Under the pieces are notes generated by a model. That model did no database searches. It was not told the DNA's origin and saw only the letters and a list, made by a program, of their open reading frames with translations. A stretch of 64,000 nucleotides of DNA from Usitatibacter sp. (lineage in GTDB: Bacteria > Pseudomonadota > Gammaproteobacteria > Burkholderiales > Usitatibacteraceae): the NCBI GenBank assembly GCA_035605915.1, contig DATNGJ010000026.1:79669-143668 (forward strand), written 5' to 3'. The translations under genes and the position numbers were made by a program. Below are positions 17,682 to 26,524 of the stretch, piece after piece (the stretch's first letter is position 1; every line of letters starts with the position of its first letter).

Positions 17682-18788
17682 CTAGGCGGGTTTGTCGACC
17701 TTCACCGTCGCGCTCGTGCCGATGCGCAACGGGTGCTGCGGATCCGGATCCTCGATGCGCACGCGGACCGGCACGCGCTGCGTGACCTTCACCCAGTTGC
17801 CGGTCGCGTTCTGCGGCGGAAGCAGCGAGAACGCGGAGCCGCTGCCGCCGGCGACGCTCTGCACCACGCCGTGGAAGACGCGATGCGGATACATGTCCGA
17901 CTCGACGGTGGCGTGCTCCCCGGGCCGGATGTCGACCAGCTGCGTCTCCTTGAAGTTCGCGTCCACCCACCACTCATCGTTCGCGATGACCACGAACAGC
18001 GGCTGTCCCGGCTGCACCGTGTTGCCGGGCTGCAGCGTGAAGTTCGCGATCATGCCGGAGGCGGGCGCCACGACGTGCGTGCGCTCGAGACTGAGCTGCG
18101 CCTGCTCCACCGCCGCGGCCGCGGCCTGGATCGCGGCGTTCTCGTCGCCGGTCTTGCCGAGCGCGCTCTTCGCCTTGGCGACGTCCGCCTCGGCGGCGCG
18201 CGTGGCCGCCTGCGCGGTCGCATAACCGGTGCGCGACTGCTCCGCGGCCTGCGGCGAGATGAAGCCGCTCTTCACCAGCGCCTCGTTCCTCTGCCACGTG
18301 CTCTTCGCGTTCGACTCCTCCGCGCGGCGCTGCGCGAGCACCGCCTCGGCCGATGCGACGCCCGCCCCTTCCTGGGATACGTTCTGCCGCGCGAGCTCGA
18401 GGTTGGCGCGCGCCTGGTCGAGCGCGATCCGGTAGGGCTGCGGATCGATCTGGAACAGCGCATCGCCCTGCTTCACCATCTGCTGGTCGCGCACGAAGAC
18501 CTGCGATACGGGGCCCGACACCTGCGCGGCGATCTGCACCTGGTTCGCGCCGACGTAGGCATCGTCCGTCGAGACGAAGCGGCTTTGGGCGAGCCACCAG
18601 CGCACCGCGAACAACGCGGCAACCAGGATCACCAATGCGGCGATGATCCATTTGAGCCGCTTGCCGCGCGGGCGGCGCTCGCGCCGTGCCGGAGGCGCGG
18701 CGGGCTGCGCGGGGGCGGTCGAGTCGGGAGGGGCGGCAGCGGCCATCGACCGTTCAGACATCCGCTGCCCGCATTCATTCGCGCGCAC
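17682..18788 (-). CDS. HlyD/EmrA-family membrane fusion protein, second copy
   Basis: It has a TM helix, STDDAYVGANQVQIAAQVSG, a coiled-coil, and WVDANFKETQL...NWVKVTQRVPVRV. The start is uncertain: GTG at 18788, ATG at 18761 or ATG at 18746. Confidence 0.85.
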   Translation of the reverse strand: MRANECGQRMSERSMAAAAPPDSTAPAQPAAPPARRERRPRGKRLKWIIAALVILVAALFAVRWWLAQSRFVSTDDAYVGANQVQIAAQVSGPVSQVFVRDQQMVKQGDALFQIDPQPYRIALDQARANLELARQNVSQEGAGVASAEAVLAQRRAEESNAKSTWQRNEALVKSGFISPQAAEQSRTGYATAQAATRAAEADVAKAKSALGKTGDENAAIQAAAAAVEQAQLSLERTHVVAPASGMIANFTLQPGNTVQPGQPLFVVIANDEWWVDANFKETQLVDIRPGEHATVESDMYPHRVFHGVVQSVAGGSGSAFSLLPPQNATGNWVKVTQRVPVRVRIEDPDPQHPLRIGTSATVKVDKPA

Positions 18789-18819
18789 GCCGCCGCGCTT
18801 CGTCGATTCCTACCCGGCC

Positions 18820-20277
18820 TCAACGCCACTCGGAGGCGCCGAAGCGGTCGCGTCCGAGGAAGGTGTAGAAGATGCCGACCGTCTGGCGCTGCTGGCGCAA
18901 TCCGCCGATGTCCGGATAGTCCGAATCGCGTCGGTTGGCGAGGTACTTGATGGCGATCGCGTGCGGGCCGTGCACGCGCCAGGTGAACGAGACGTCGGCG
19001 CGCGCGATGTTCTCGTGCCCGCCGCGCCGGGCCGCGGCGACGCGCGTGATGTAGTACTCGCGCACGGTCGCGTCGAGCGCCGCGCGCGTACCGAAGACGA
19101 TGCGCACCGCGGCGAGCGCCTGCGGCGCGAGGCCGTGATGGAAGTCGCGCGAATCGGAACTGCGGATCGTCCCCGCCGCCGTATAGCCGGCGCCGCCGAG
19201 GAAGGTCGATTGCACCGACACCTCGCGCGTGAGCCGCCATTCGCTCGTGGTGCCGAGCGAGAGCCCGGTCGTCGCGACGCGGAAGGTCTGCGGCGAGAGG
19301 TAGTCGTAGTTGCCGTAGAGGCCCCAGACGCCGCGGTACTTCACGCCCTCGCCGAATGCGCGCCCCGCGAGCAGCCCGCGCGTGAAGAGGCTCTCGAAGC
19401 CGTCGGCGCTGGAGGCCGTCGCTTGGAAGCTGAAGTAGTCGAAGGGCCGCGTGTAGCCGTAACCCGCGCGTCCGGGCAACCCGTACTCCATCATGAAGTC
19501 GGCGAGCGCTTCGTTGCGATGCAGCTCGGTGGCCGAACGCCCGGTGCTGGTCGCGCCGAGGTCGCGGCTCGCGCCGAGCTGCAGGCGCGTGAAGTACACC
19601 GGATCGCGGCTCTCGAACACGTGGCGGAACCGATCGCCGTAGGCGAGGCGGTTGAAGCCGAGCGGCGGCGAGATCGCGCTCGCGGCGATCTCGCGCCACT
19701 CCATCGGCAGCTCGTCTTCCTGCTCGAGGACGAGGCTCGCCATGCGGAAGAGCGCCTCGCCGAGGAAGCTCCCGCCGATGCCGGTGGTGATCTGGTCGTT
19801 GCGCGACGGCGACGTGGTCTCGCCCGCGATTTCCCACAGCGCGCTGCCGAGGAAGGTGTACGCCGATGCCTGCCAGTACCCGAGCCCGGAAGCGCGCGCG
19901 AAGCCGTGGTAGGTGGCACCCGCGTACGGATGGCCGAGCTGGTTCACGAGGAACGGATCGCGGTCCTCGACCCAGCCGTGGTGGAGATTGCGGCGGATCG
20001 ACGCGAGGTTGGAGTCGAAGTCGTCGCCGACGAAATGGCGATCGAACTGGTTGAGGAGGAACTCGAAGCCCACGATCTCCGCGGCCGGGATCGCGTAGCT
20101 CGGCGAGGCCGCGTCCTTCGCGGTCGAAACCGCTGGGTGCGCCGCGGCCGTGGAAGCGGGAAGCGCATCCCGCACCTCGAGCATCGCCCAGGAAGCGGGA
20201 AGCGGCGCGACCGGGCCGGCACCCGCGGCGCTACCCGCGGAGGCGAGGCCCGCGATGAGCGCGAGCATGGCCTTCAT
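18820..20277 (-). CDS. Secreted or outer-membrane protein of unknown function (possibly DUF3943-like)
   Basis: It has a signal peptide (MKAMLALIAGLASAGSAAG). The composition is aromatic/Gly-rich and beta-strand-like throughout, with the motif NQLGHPYAGATYH. It is not a TolC/NodT-type sequence. Confidence 0.55.
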   Translation of the reverse strand: MKAMLALIAGLASAGSAAGAGPVAPLPASWAMLEVRDALPASTAAAHPAVSTAKDAASPSYAIPAAEIVGFEFLLNQFDRHFVGDDFDSNLASIRRNLHHGWVEDRDPFLVNQLGHPYAGATYHGFARASGLGYWQASAYTFLGSALWEIAGETTSPSRNDQITTGIGGSFLGEALFRMASLVLEQEDELPMEWREIAASAISPPLGFNRLAYGDRFRHVFESRDPVYFTRLQLGASRDLGATSTGRSATELHRNEALADFMMEYGLPGRAGYGYTRPFDYFSFQATASSADGFESLFTRGLLAGRAFGEGVKYRGVWGLYGNYDYLSPQTFRVATTGLSLGTTSEWRLTREVSVQSTFLGGAGYTAAGTIRSSDSRDFHHGLAPQALAAVRIVFGTRAALDATVREYYITRVAAARRGGHENIARADVSFTWRVHGPHAIAIKYLANRRDSDYPDIGGLRQQRQTVGIFYTFLGRDRFGASEWR

Positions 20278-20353
20278 CGCACCTTCAGACGCGCGCGTCG
20301 CTGGCGCGTTCCCCGCGCGATGTCGCCCTACGGATCCAAAGCCGTCGTTCGCA

Positions 20354-21106
20354 TCACTCCCCGCCGCGTCCGAGCGCCTTCGCGAGGATGTCCACCGGGA
20401 CGGGGAACACGATCGTCGAGGCCTTGTCGCCGGCGATCTGCGTGAGCGTCTGCAGGTAGCGAAGTTGCATCGCCTCGGCGCGGCGCGAGAGGGTCTCCGC
20501 GGCCTGCAGGAGCTTCTCCGAGGCCTGCAGCTCGCCCTCGGCGTGGATCACCTTGGCGCGCCGCTCGCGTTCCGCCTCGGCCTGGCGCGCGATGGCGCGC
20601 ACCATCGACTCGTTGAGGTCGACGTGCTTGATCTCGACGATCGACACCTTGATGCCCCACGCATCGGTCTGCATGTCGAGCGCGTGCTGGATGTCCACGT
20701 TGAGCTTCTCGCGCTCGGCGAGCAGCGTGTCGAGCTCGTGGCGGCCGAGCACCGCGCGCAGCGTGGTCTGCCCGAGCTGCGAGGTCGCGGCGAGGAAGTC
20801 CACCACCTGGATGATCGCCTTCGCCGGGTCCACCACGCGGAAGTACACCACGGCGTTCACCTTCACCGAGACGTTGTCGCGCGTGATCACGTCCTGCGGC
20901 GGGACGTCGAGCACGACCGTGCGCAGGTCCACCCGCACCATCTGCTGGATCACCGGCACGAGGAAGAAGAGGCCGGGGCCCTTCACGGCCGTGTAGCGCC
21001 CGAGCTGGAACACGACCGCGCGCTGGTATTCGCGCAGCACGCGCACCGACCACAGGGCGAGCACGATGACGAGGATGATGACGCCTGCGCCGAAGTCGAA
21101 GATCAT
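20354..21106 (-). CDS. SPFH/band-7 (stomatin-like, slipin) protein
   Basis: Start at 21106 ([37 protein letters not shown]...). It has the PHB-domain motifs and ...[17 protein letters not shown].... The ATGA overlap with the nfeD stop supports this start. Confidence 0.9.
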   Translation of the reverse strand: MIFDFGAGVIILVIVLALWSVRVLREYQRAVVFQLGRYTAVKGPGLFFLVPVIQQMVRVDLRTVVLDVPPQDVITRDNVSVKVNAVVYFRVVDPAKAIIQVVDFLAATSQLGQTTLRAVLGRHELDTLLAEREKLNVDIQHALDMQTDAWGIKVSIVEIKHVDLNESMVRAIARQAEAERERRAKVIHAEGELQASEKLLQAAETLSRRAEAMQLRYLQTLTQIAGDKASTIVFPVPVDILAKALGRGGE

Positions 21107-22500
21107 GTGCCTCCCTTCCGCCCGTCCTCCCCGCGAAGCCCGTCCCCGGACGAATCTGCCGGGGAGCGCGAACCGTCGCGGGAATGACGATCTGCCGTTT
21201 GAGGAACGACGTCGAGCGTGAGCCCGTGCATCGCGGTCACCTTCACGCGCTCGCCCTTGCGCATCGGCTCGCCGCTCCTCACGCGCCAGGTCTCGCCGTG
21301 CAGGTGCGCCCAGCCCTCCCCGGAGAAATCGTCGAGCACCTCGCCGGTGCTGCCGACGAGCTCCTCGCGGCCGGTCACGACGGGGCGCCGGCGCGAGCGC
21401 ACCAGCACGCCCATCACGAGGGCGAGGAACACGGCGGTCGCGAACGCGAAGCCGCCGATGAGGGCGTAGGGCACGCGATAGCCCGGCACCTCGATGAGGA
21501 TCACCGAGCCGATGACGAATGCGACGAGGCCGCCGATCCCGAGCGACCCATAGGTCGGCAGGAACGCCTCGGCCACCATGAACCCGACCCCGAGCACGAT
21601 GAGCAGCAAGCCCGCGTAGTTCACCGGCAGCATCTGCAATCCGTAGAGCGCGACCACGATGCAGATCGCGCCGGTCACGCCGGGAAGCACCAGGCCGGGA
21701 TTCGAGAACTCGAACAGGATCGCGTAGATGCCGATCACGATGAGCCCGTACGCGATCGCCGGGTCGGTGATCGTGGAGAGGAACCTCGTGCGCCAGTCGG
21801 GCGCCCACGCCTCGACGCGCGCCGCGGCGGTGGCGAGCGTGCGCTCGGTGCCCGCGGCAACGACGCGCCTTCCGTCGAGCTGGCGCAGCAGGTCGGGAAC
21901 GTCGCGAGCGAGCACGTCGGCCACCTTCTGGTCCCGCGCCTCGGTGGCGGAGAGGCTCACCGCCTCGCGCACCGCGCGCTCGCCCCAGTCGGCGTTGCGC
22001 CCGCGCAGGAGGGCGAGGCCGCGGATGTACGCCTCGGCGTCGTGCACCGCCTTCTGCACGTGGGCATCCGCCGGAGCCTCCTTTCCTTCCTTCGAGCCGG
22101 GCATCGGCGAGGGCCCGCCGAGGGAGACGGGCGTCGCCGCGCCGAGGTTCGTGCCGGGCGCCATCGCCGCGACGTGGCACGCGTAGAGGATGTAGGTGCC
22201 GGCGCTCGCCGCGCGCGCGCCCGGCGGCGCGACGAAGCCCGCCACCGGAACCGGCGATGCGAGGATGTCCTTGATGATGGATCGCATCGAGAGGTCCAGC
22301 CCGCCCGGCGTGTCCATGCGCAGCACGACGAGCTGCGATCCTTCCCCCGCGGCATGCTCGAGCCCGCGATGCACGTAGTCGGCGGTGGCCGGCCCGATCG
22401 CCCCGTCGATCGAGAGCACGACGACGGGCGCGGGCGCCGCGGCGTAGCCCGCGGGCACGAGGAGCAGGGCGAGCAGGGCCAGCAATCGCGCGTGCCGCAT
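21103..22500 (-). CDS. NfeD-family membrane-bound ClpP-class serine protease
   Basis: Start at 22500 ([20 protein letters not shown] is a signal peptide). It has a ClpP-like domain (LRMDTPGGL...ASAGTYI), central TM helices and a C-terminal OB-fold NfeD domain ([20 protein letters not shown]). Confidence 0.85.
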   Translation of the reverse strand: MRHARLLALLALLLVPAGYAAAPAPVVVLSIDGAIGPATADYVHRGLEHAAGEGSQLVVLRMDTPGGLDLSMRSIIKDILASPVPVAGFVAPPGARAASAGTYILYACHVAAMAPGTNLGAATPVSLGGPSPMPGSKEGKEAPADAHVQKAVHDAEAYIRGLALLRGRNADWGERAVREAVSLSATEARDQKVADVLARDVPDLLRQLDGRRVVAAGTERTLATAAARVEAWAPDWRTRFLSTITDPAIAYGLIVIGIYAILFEFSNPGLVLPGVTGAICIVVALYGLQMLPVNYAGLLLIVLGVGFMVAEAFLPTYGSLGIGGLVAFVIGSVILIEVPGYRVPYALIGGFAFATAVFLALVMGVLVRSRRRPVVTGREELVGSTGEVLDDFSGEGWAHLHGETWRVRSGEPMRKGERVKVTAMHGLTLDVVPQTADRHSRDGSRSPADSSGDGLRGEDGRKGGT

Positions 22501-22570
22501 CGCACCAATATAGGGTAAACGGCCCGTTTCCGTCGTAATTTGCATCGCGGCGGAAGCCGTATTAGAAAGG

Positions 22571-23701
22571 GTGGTCCCGTTGCAGGAAACGGGAGGGGAG
22601 GCCCGTTTGAAGGACACGCACGTCCGCGATGCCCTGCGGCAGATCCAGGACATCCTCGCCGAGGAGACCGGATCGACGCTGCCCGCCACGGCGCGTGCAA
22701 GGCTCGAGACAGTTCTGCACGGCGCGCTCGGGCGGCCCAGCGGCGCCATGCGCCCCGACGACCTCGCGCACGAGGTCACCATCCTGCTCGCGGACCTGCG
22801 CGGCTTCTCCGGCATCTCGGCGAGCTATCCCGGCGCCACCGTCCTCGCCCTCCTCAACCGCTGCTTCGGCGCCATGAGCGAGATCGTCTTCCGCCACCAG
22901 GGCTGCATCGACAAGTTCATGGGCGACGCGATCATGGTGCTGTTCGAGTCCGACAAGGATTCCGAGGAGAGCGCCCTGCGCGCGGTCTCCTGCGCGGTGG
23001 ACATGCAGCTCGCGATGGAAGGCGTGAACGCCATCAACAAGGGCCAGGGCCTGCCCGAGCTCTATTTCGGCATCGGCATCAACACCGGGCGCGTGATCTC
23101 GGCGATGCTCGGCTCCGACCTCTACTCCGAGTACACCGTGATCGGCGAGGAAGTGAACCTCGCTTCGCGCATCGAATCGTTCAGCCTGCGCGGCCAGGTG
23201 CTGGTGAGCGAGAGCACCTGGGAGCGCTGCAAGGGCTTCGTGCAGGCGGGCGACCCCATGGACGCCTTCGTGAAAGGCAAGAGCAAGATGGTGGTGCTGC
23301 GCGAGGTGCTCGGCATTCCCTCGCTCGGCAAGTCGGTCCCGCGCCACGAGCTGCGCCGCAGCGCGCGCGTGCAGGTGAAGATCCCGTTCCACTACCGCAT
23401 GGTCGTGAACCAGGTGGTGATCCCCGAGGCGCGCGAGGGCCGCATCCTCGACATCGGCTACCACGGCGTGCTCGCCGAGGTGCCGCTCGCCCATTCCGCG
23501 TTCTCGGAGATGATGCTCGACTTCGACCTGCCGCTCGTGGGCGAGCGCATGAACGACCTCTACGGGCGCGTCGTCAAGGTGAGCTCGAAGGAGGGCACGA
23601 CGCACATCGGCGTGGAGTTCACCTCGATGCGCCCCGAGCAGAAGGCCGCGATCCAGCTCTTCGTGCAACTCCTCATCCAGGGGACGGAAGCGGACGACTG
23701 A
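22571..23701 (+). CDS. Class III adenylate/guanylate cyclase fused to a C-terminal PilZ-like domain
   Basis: Cyclase motifs LLADLRGFSG, KFMGDAIMVLF, GINTGRV and IGEEVNLASRIES are present. The C-terminal roughly 110 aa has RRSAR (an RxxxR motif) and DIGYHG (DxSxxG-like). The start is uncertain: GTG at 22571, or in-frame TTG at 22607 with GGAGG 5 nt upstream. Confidence 0.75.
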   Translation: MVPLQETGGEARLKDTHVRDALRQIQDILAEETGSTLPATARARLETVLHGALGRPSGAMRPDDLAHEVTILLADLRGFSGISASYPGATVLALLNRCFGAMSEIVFRHQGCIDKFMGDAIMVLFESDKDSEESALRAVSCAVDMQLAMEGVNAINKGQGLPELYFGIGINTGRVISAMLGSDLYSEYTVIGEEVNLASRIESFSLRGQVLVSESTWERCKGFVQAGDPMDAFVKGKSKMVVLREVLGIPSLGKSVPRHELRRSARVQVKIPFHYRMVVNQVVIPEAREGRILDIGYHGVLAEVPLAHSAFSEMMLDFDLPLVGERMNDLYGRVVKVSSKEGTTHIGVEFTSMRPEQKAAIQLFVQLLIQGTEADD

Positions 23702-24192
23702 TGCGCGGCCCCGTCATCGCCGCCCTCGCCGTCGCGGGGCTCGCCGTGCCGATCGCCGATTGCAGCGCGCAGTATTCGCGGCGCACGCACTCGCGCGAGG
23801 AGGCGCGCAACCGCGATCGGCCCGACGACGACGGACCGCGCTCCGGCCCCTACGAATCGCTCGAGCGCGAGCTCATCTCGCTGCGCGGCGACCTCAAGCT
23901 GCACGCGGACCAGGGGGACGCCTGGAACGGGTTCGAGCGCGCGGTGCGCGACGCGGCCGACGTCGAGCGCGACGAGCGGCGCGCGATCGCCGACTTGCAC
24001 GACAAGGGCGCCATGCCGGCGACGGCCGCTGCGTTCCTCGGCCGGCTCGCCGACGACGATCGCAAGAAGGCGGATGCCGCCGCGCGCGTGGAATCGGAGC
24101 TGCACGCCCTGGAGGCGAGGCTCGACGCCGCCCAGCGCTCGATGCTCGACCGGCGCGTGATCCAGTCGCAGGCCGAGCCGCCCGGGCGCTGA
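23701..24192 (+). CDS. Secreted helical protein, Spy/CpxP (LTXXQ-like) family candidate
   Basis: The ATG overlaps the cyclase TGA by 1 nt. It has a signal peptide (MRGPVIAALAVAGLAVPIADC). The mature part is helical and Arg/Asp/Ala-rich, with LDAAQRSML (LTXXQ-like). Confidence 0.55.
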   Translation: MRGPVIAALAVAGLAVPIADCSAQYSRRTHSREEARNRDRPDDDGPRSGPYESLERELISLRGDLKLHADQGDAWNGFERAVRDAADVERDERRAIADLHDKGAMPATAAAFLGRLADDDRKKADAAARVESELHALEARLDAAQRSMLDRRVIQSQAEPPGR

Positions 24193-24204
24193 GCCGCCGC
24201 GGCG

Positions 24205-24238
24205 GCAGCGAGGCGCGGCTTCCTCATCGCCTCGCTGC
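24205..24238. terminator. Hairpin between convergent genes (candidate bidirectional terminator)
   Basis: GCAGCGAGGCG (24205-24215) pairs perfectly with CGCCTCGCTGC (24228-24238) around a 12-nt loop. There is no clear U-tract. Confidence 0.4.
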
Positions 24239-24252
24239 GGATACGGCAACTG

Positions 24253-24411
24253 TCAGATGCGGCCCATCAGGAGCAGCACGACGACGATCACGAGCACGAG
24301 GCCGAGGCCGCCGCTCGGCCCATAGCCCCAGCCGCGGCTGTGGGGCCACGTGGGAATCGCGCCGAGGAGCAGCAGCACCAGGATGATGAGCAGGATGAGC
24401 CCGAGCGACAT
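24253..24411 (-). CDS. DUF3309-family small membrane protein
   Basis: Start at 24411. MSLGLILLIILVLLLLGAIPTWPHSRGWGYGPSGGLGLVLVIVVVLLLMGRI matches the remembered DUF3309 pattern (...PTWPHSR.WGY.PSGG...). Confidence 0.7.
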   Translation of the reverse strand: MSLGLILLIILVLLLLGAIPTWPHSRGWGYGPSGGLGLVLVIVVVLLLMGRI

Positions 24412-24516
24412 GTCCACCTCCATCGTTGGATAGCGTGCGGGGTTGGACAATCGCGCGGCGCCCCGCCGGCGTGTCAGGAAGCCGTTTTCCGATGTAGGAC
24501 GGGCGCCGAGCCCGGA

Positions 24517-25380
24517 TCAGAATCCGTACAGCTCGGCGGGATTCGCGACCAGCACGCGCTTCCTCGTCGCCTCGTCGCCGATCCATTCCTGCAGCAGGTC
24601 GAGCAGCGCCGCGTCGTCGGGCTTGGCGAGCGGCTCGGTGGGATGCGGCCAGTCGCTTCCCCACACCACCCGCTCCGGTGCGTGCTTCACCAGCGCCTTC
24701 GCGACCGGCCTCAGGTCCGTATAGCGCGGCGAGCCGGTGCGCGAATCGAGGTAGGGCGCGCACAGCTTCACCCAGGTGCGTCCCCGGTCGAGCAGGCGCT
24801 TCACGCTCGGCATGGCGGCGTGCAGCACGCCCTCGGGCTGCGGCAGACGCGCGAAGTGGTCGAGCACCACGTCGCACGCGAGCGCGGCGAGCATCGGCTC
24901 CATGCCGGCGAGCTGCTCGGCGCGCGCGTGGACCTGCACGTGCCACCCGAGCGCGTGCAGGCGCGGCGCGAGCGGCTCGATCATGTCCGCGCCGGCGATC
25001 TCGGTGTGCGGATCGTGGATCGAGAAGCGCAGCCCGCGGATGCCGGCTTCGTGGAGGGCGGCGAGCTCCTCGTCGCTGATCGAGGGATGCGCGACCGCGA
25101 TGCCGCGCGCCTTGTCCACTCCGAGCTGCGCCACCGCGTCGAGCGTGACGCGGTTGTCGGTGCCGTACGCGGCGGGTTGCACGATCACCGCGCGCTCGAC
25201 GCCGATGCGCTGCTGCAGCAGCCGGTAGTCCTGCGCGGTCGCGCCGGTCACCTCCGCGAGGCTGCGCCACGCCATCGGGAAGCGCGCGTCGTAGACGTGC
25301 GCATGGCAATCGCAGGCCTGCGGCGGCGCCTTGAAGCGCGGCAGCGACGTGCCGGCGGAATTCGGGACGGGCCGCGTCAT
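24517..25380 (-). CDS. Amidohydrolase_2-family hydrolase (LigI / 2-pyrone-4,6-dicarboxylate lactonase-like)
   Basis: ACDCHAHVYD is a metal- or substrate-binding His motif near the N-terminus. About 287 aa with a TIM-barrel-like pattern, ending ...VWGSDWPHP.... Confidence 0.7.
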   Translation of the reverse strand: MTRPVPNSAGTSLPRFKAPPQACDCHAHVYDARFPMAWRSLAEVTGATAQDYRLLQQRIGVERAVIVQPAAYGTDNRVTLDAVAQLGVDKARGIAVAHPSISDEELAALHEAGIRGLRFSIHDPHTEIAGADMIEPLAPRLHALGWHVQVHARAEQLAGMEPMLAALACDVVLDHFARLPQPEGVLHAAMPSVKRLLDRGRTWVKLCAPYLDSRTGSPRYTDLRPVAKALVKHAPERVVWGSDWPHPTEPLAKPDDAALLDLLQEWIGDEATRKRVLVANPAELYGF

Positions 25381-25404
25381 TCGCTGCGCAGTCGGAAGCG
25401 AAGG

Positions 25405-26436
25405 CTACGCGAGTCGCGCAACGACGGCCTTCGTGAACTCCTTCGCCGTGGCCTTGCCGCCGAGGTCGCCGGTGCGCACCTCGTCCTCGCGCAGCGCCCC
25501 GTCGAGCGCGGCGCGAACGCGCCGGCCCTTCTCCTGCTCGCCCACGTGGTCGAGCATCATCGCGGCGCTGAGCATGAGGGCGAGCGGGTTCGCCAGGCCG
25601 CGCCCGGCGATGTCGGGCGCCGAGCCGTGCACGGCCTCGAAGATCGCCGCGTCGATGCCGATGTTCGCGGCGGGCGCCATGCCCAGGCCGCCCACGAGCC
25701 CCGCGATCTCGTCGGAGAGGATGTCGCCGAAGAGGTTGGTGGTGAGGATCACGTCGAACTGCCACGGGTTCATCACGAGCTGCATCGCGCAAGCATCCAC
25801 GATGCGGTCGTCGAAGGCGACGCGCCCCTCGTAGCGCTTGCCGACCTCGCGCGCCGCCTCGAGGAAGAGGCCGGTGAGGGCCTTGAGCACGTTCGCCTTG
25901 TGCACGATCGTGACCTTCCTGCGCCCGTTGCGCAGCGCGTACTCGAACGCGAACTCGGCGATGCGCCGCGCGCCGGCGCGCGTGTTCACGCCCGAGCCCA
26001 TCGCCACCGCGCGCGGATCGTCGCCCACCGGGATGTAGTGCTCGAAGCCGACGTAGAGGCCCTCGAGGTTCTCGCGCACCAGCACGAGGTCGATGTCCTC
26101 GAAGCGGCCGCCGGGAACGAGCGTGCGCGCCGGCCGCAGGTTCGCGAAAAGCTGGAACTCCTCGCGCAGGCGCACGTTAGAGGAGCGGAACCCGCCGCCG
26201 ATCGGCGTCGTGAGCGGCCCCTTCAACGCGATGCGGTTCCTGCGGATGCTCGCGAGCGTCTCGGGCGGGAGCGGATCGCCGCTTTCGGCGACTCCGCCCA
26301 TGCCCGCCTTGCACGTCTCCCACCGGAACGGCGCTCCGACCGCCTCGAGCACCTCGAGGGTCGCGTCGGTCACCTCGGGGCCGATTCCATCGCCGGGAAT
26401 CAGCGTCGCGGGAATCGCGTTCGACGAAGCGTTCAT
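25405..26436 (-). CDS. Isocitrate/isopropylmalate dehydrogenase-family enzyme (NAD-IDH-like)
   Basis: LIPGDGIGPEV...LKGPLTTPIGGGFRSSNVRLREEFQLFANLRP...VRENLEGLY...NLFGDILSD...HGSAPDIAG are the family signatures. Confidence 0.85.
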   Translation of the reverse strand: MNASSNAIPATLIPGDGIGPEVTDATLEVLEAVGAPFRWETCKAGMGGVAESGDPLPPETLASIRRNRIALKGPLTTPIGGGFRSSNVRLREEFQLFANLRPARTLVPGGRFEDIDLVLVRENLEGLYVGFEHYIPVGDDPRAVAMGSGVNTRAGARRIAEFAFEYALRNGRRKVTIVHKANVLKALTGLFLEAAREVGKRYEGRVAFDDRIVDACAMQLVMNPWQFDVILTTNLFGDILSDEIAGLVGGLGMAPAANIGIDAAIFEAVHGSAPDIAGRGLANPLALMLSAAMMLDHVGEQEKGRRVRAALDGALREDEVRTGDLGGKATAKEFTKAVVARLA

Positions 26437-26524
26437 GGCGCGGATTATACGTTGCGTGCGCTGACGCTCCGGCTTCCCGCTTTCCTACCGGAACCGCGCT
26501 CCGCGGCGGTGAATCCAATTCGTC

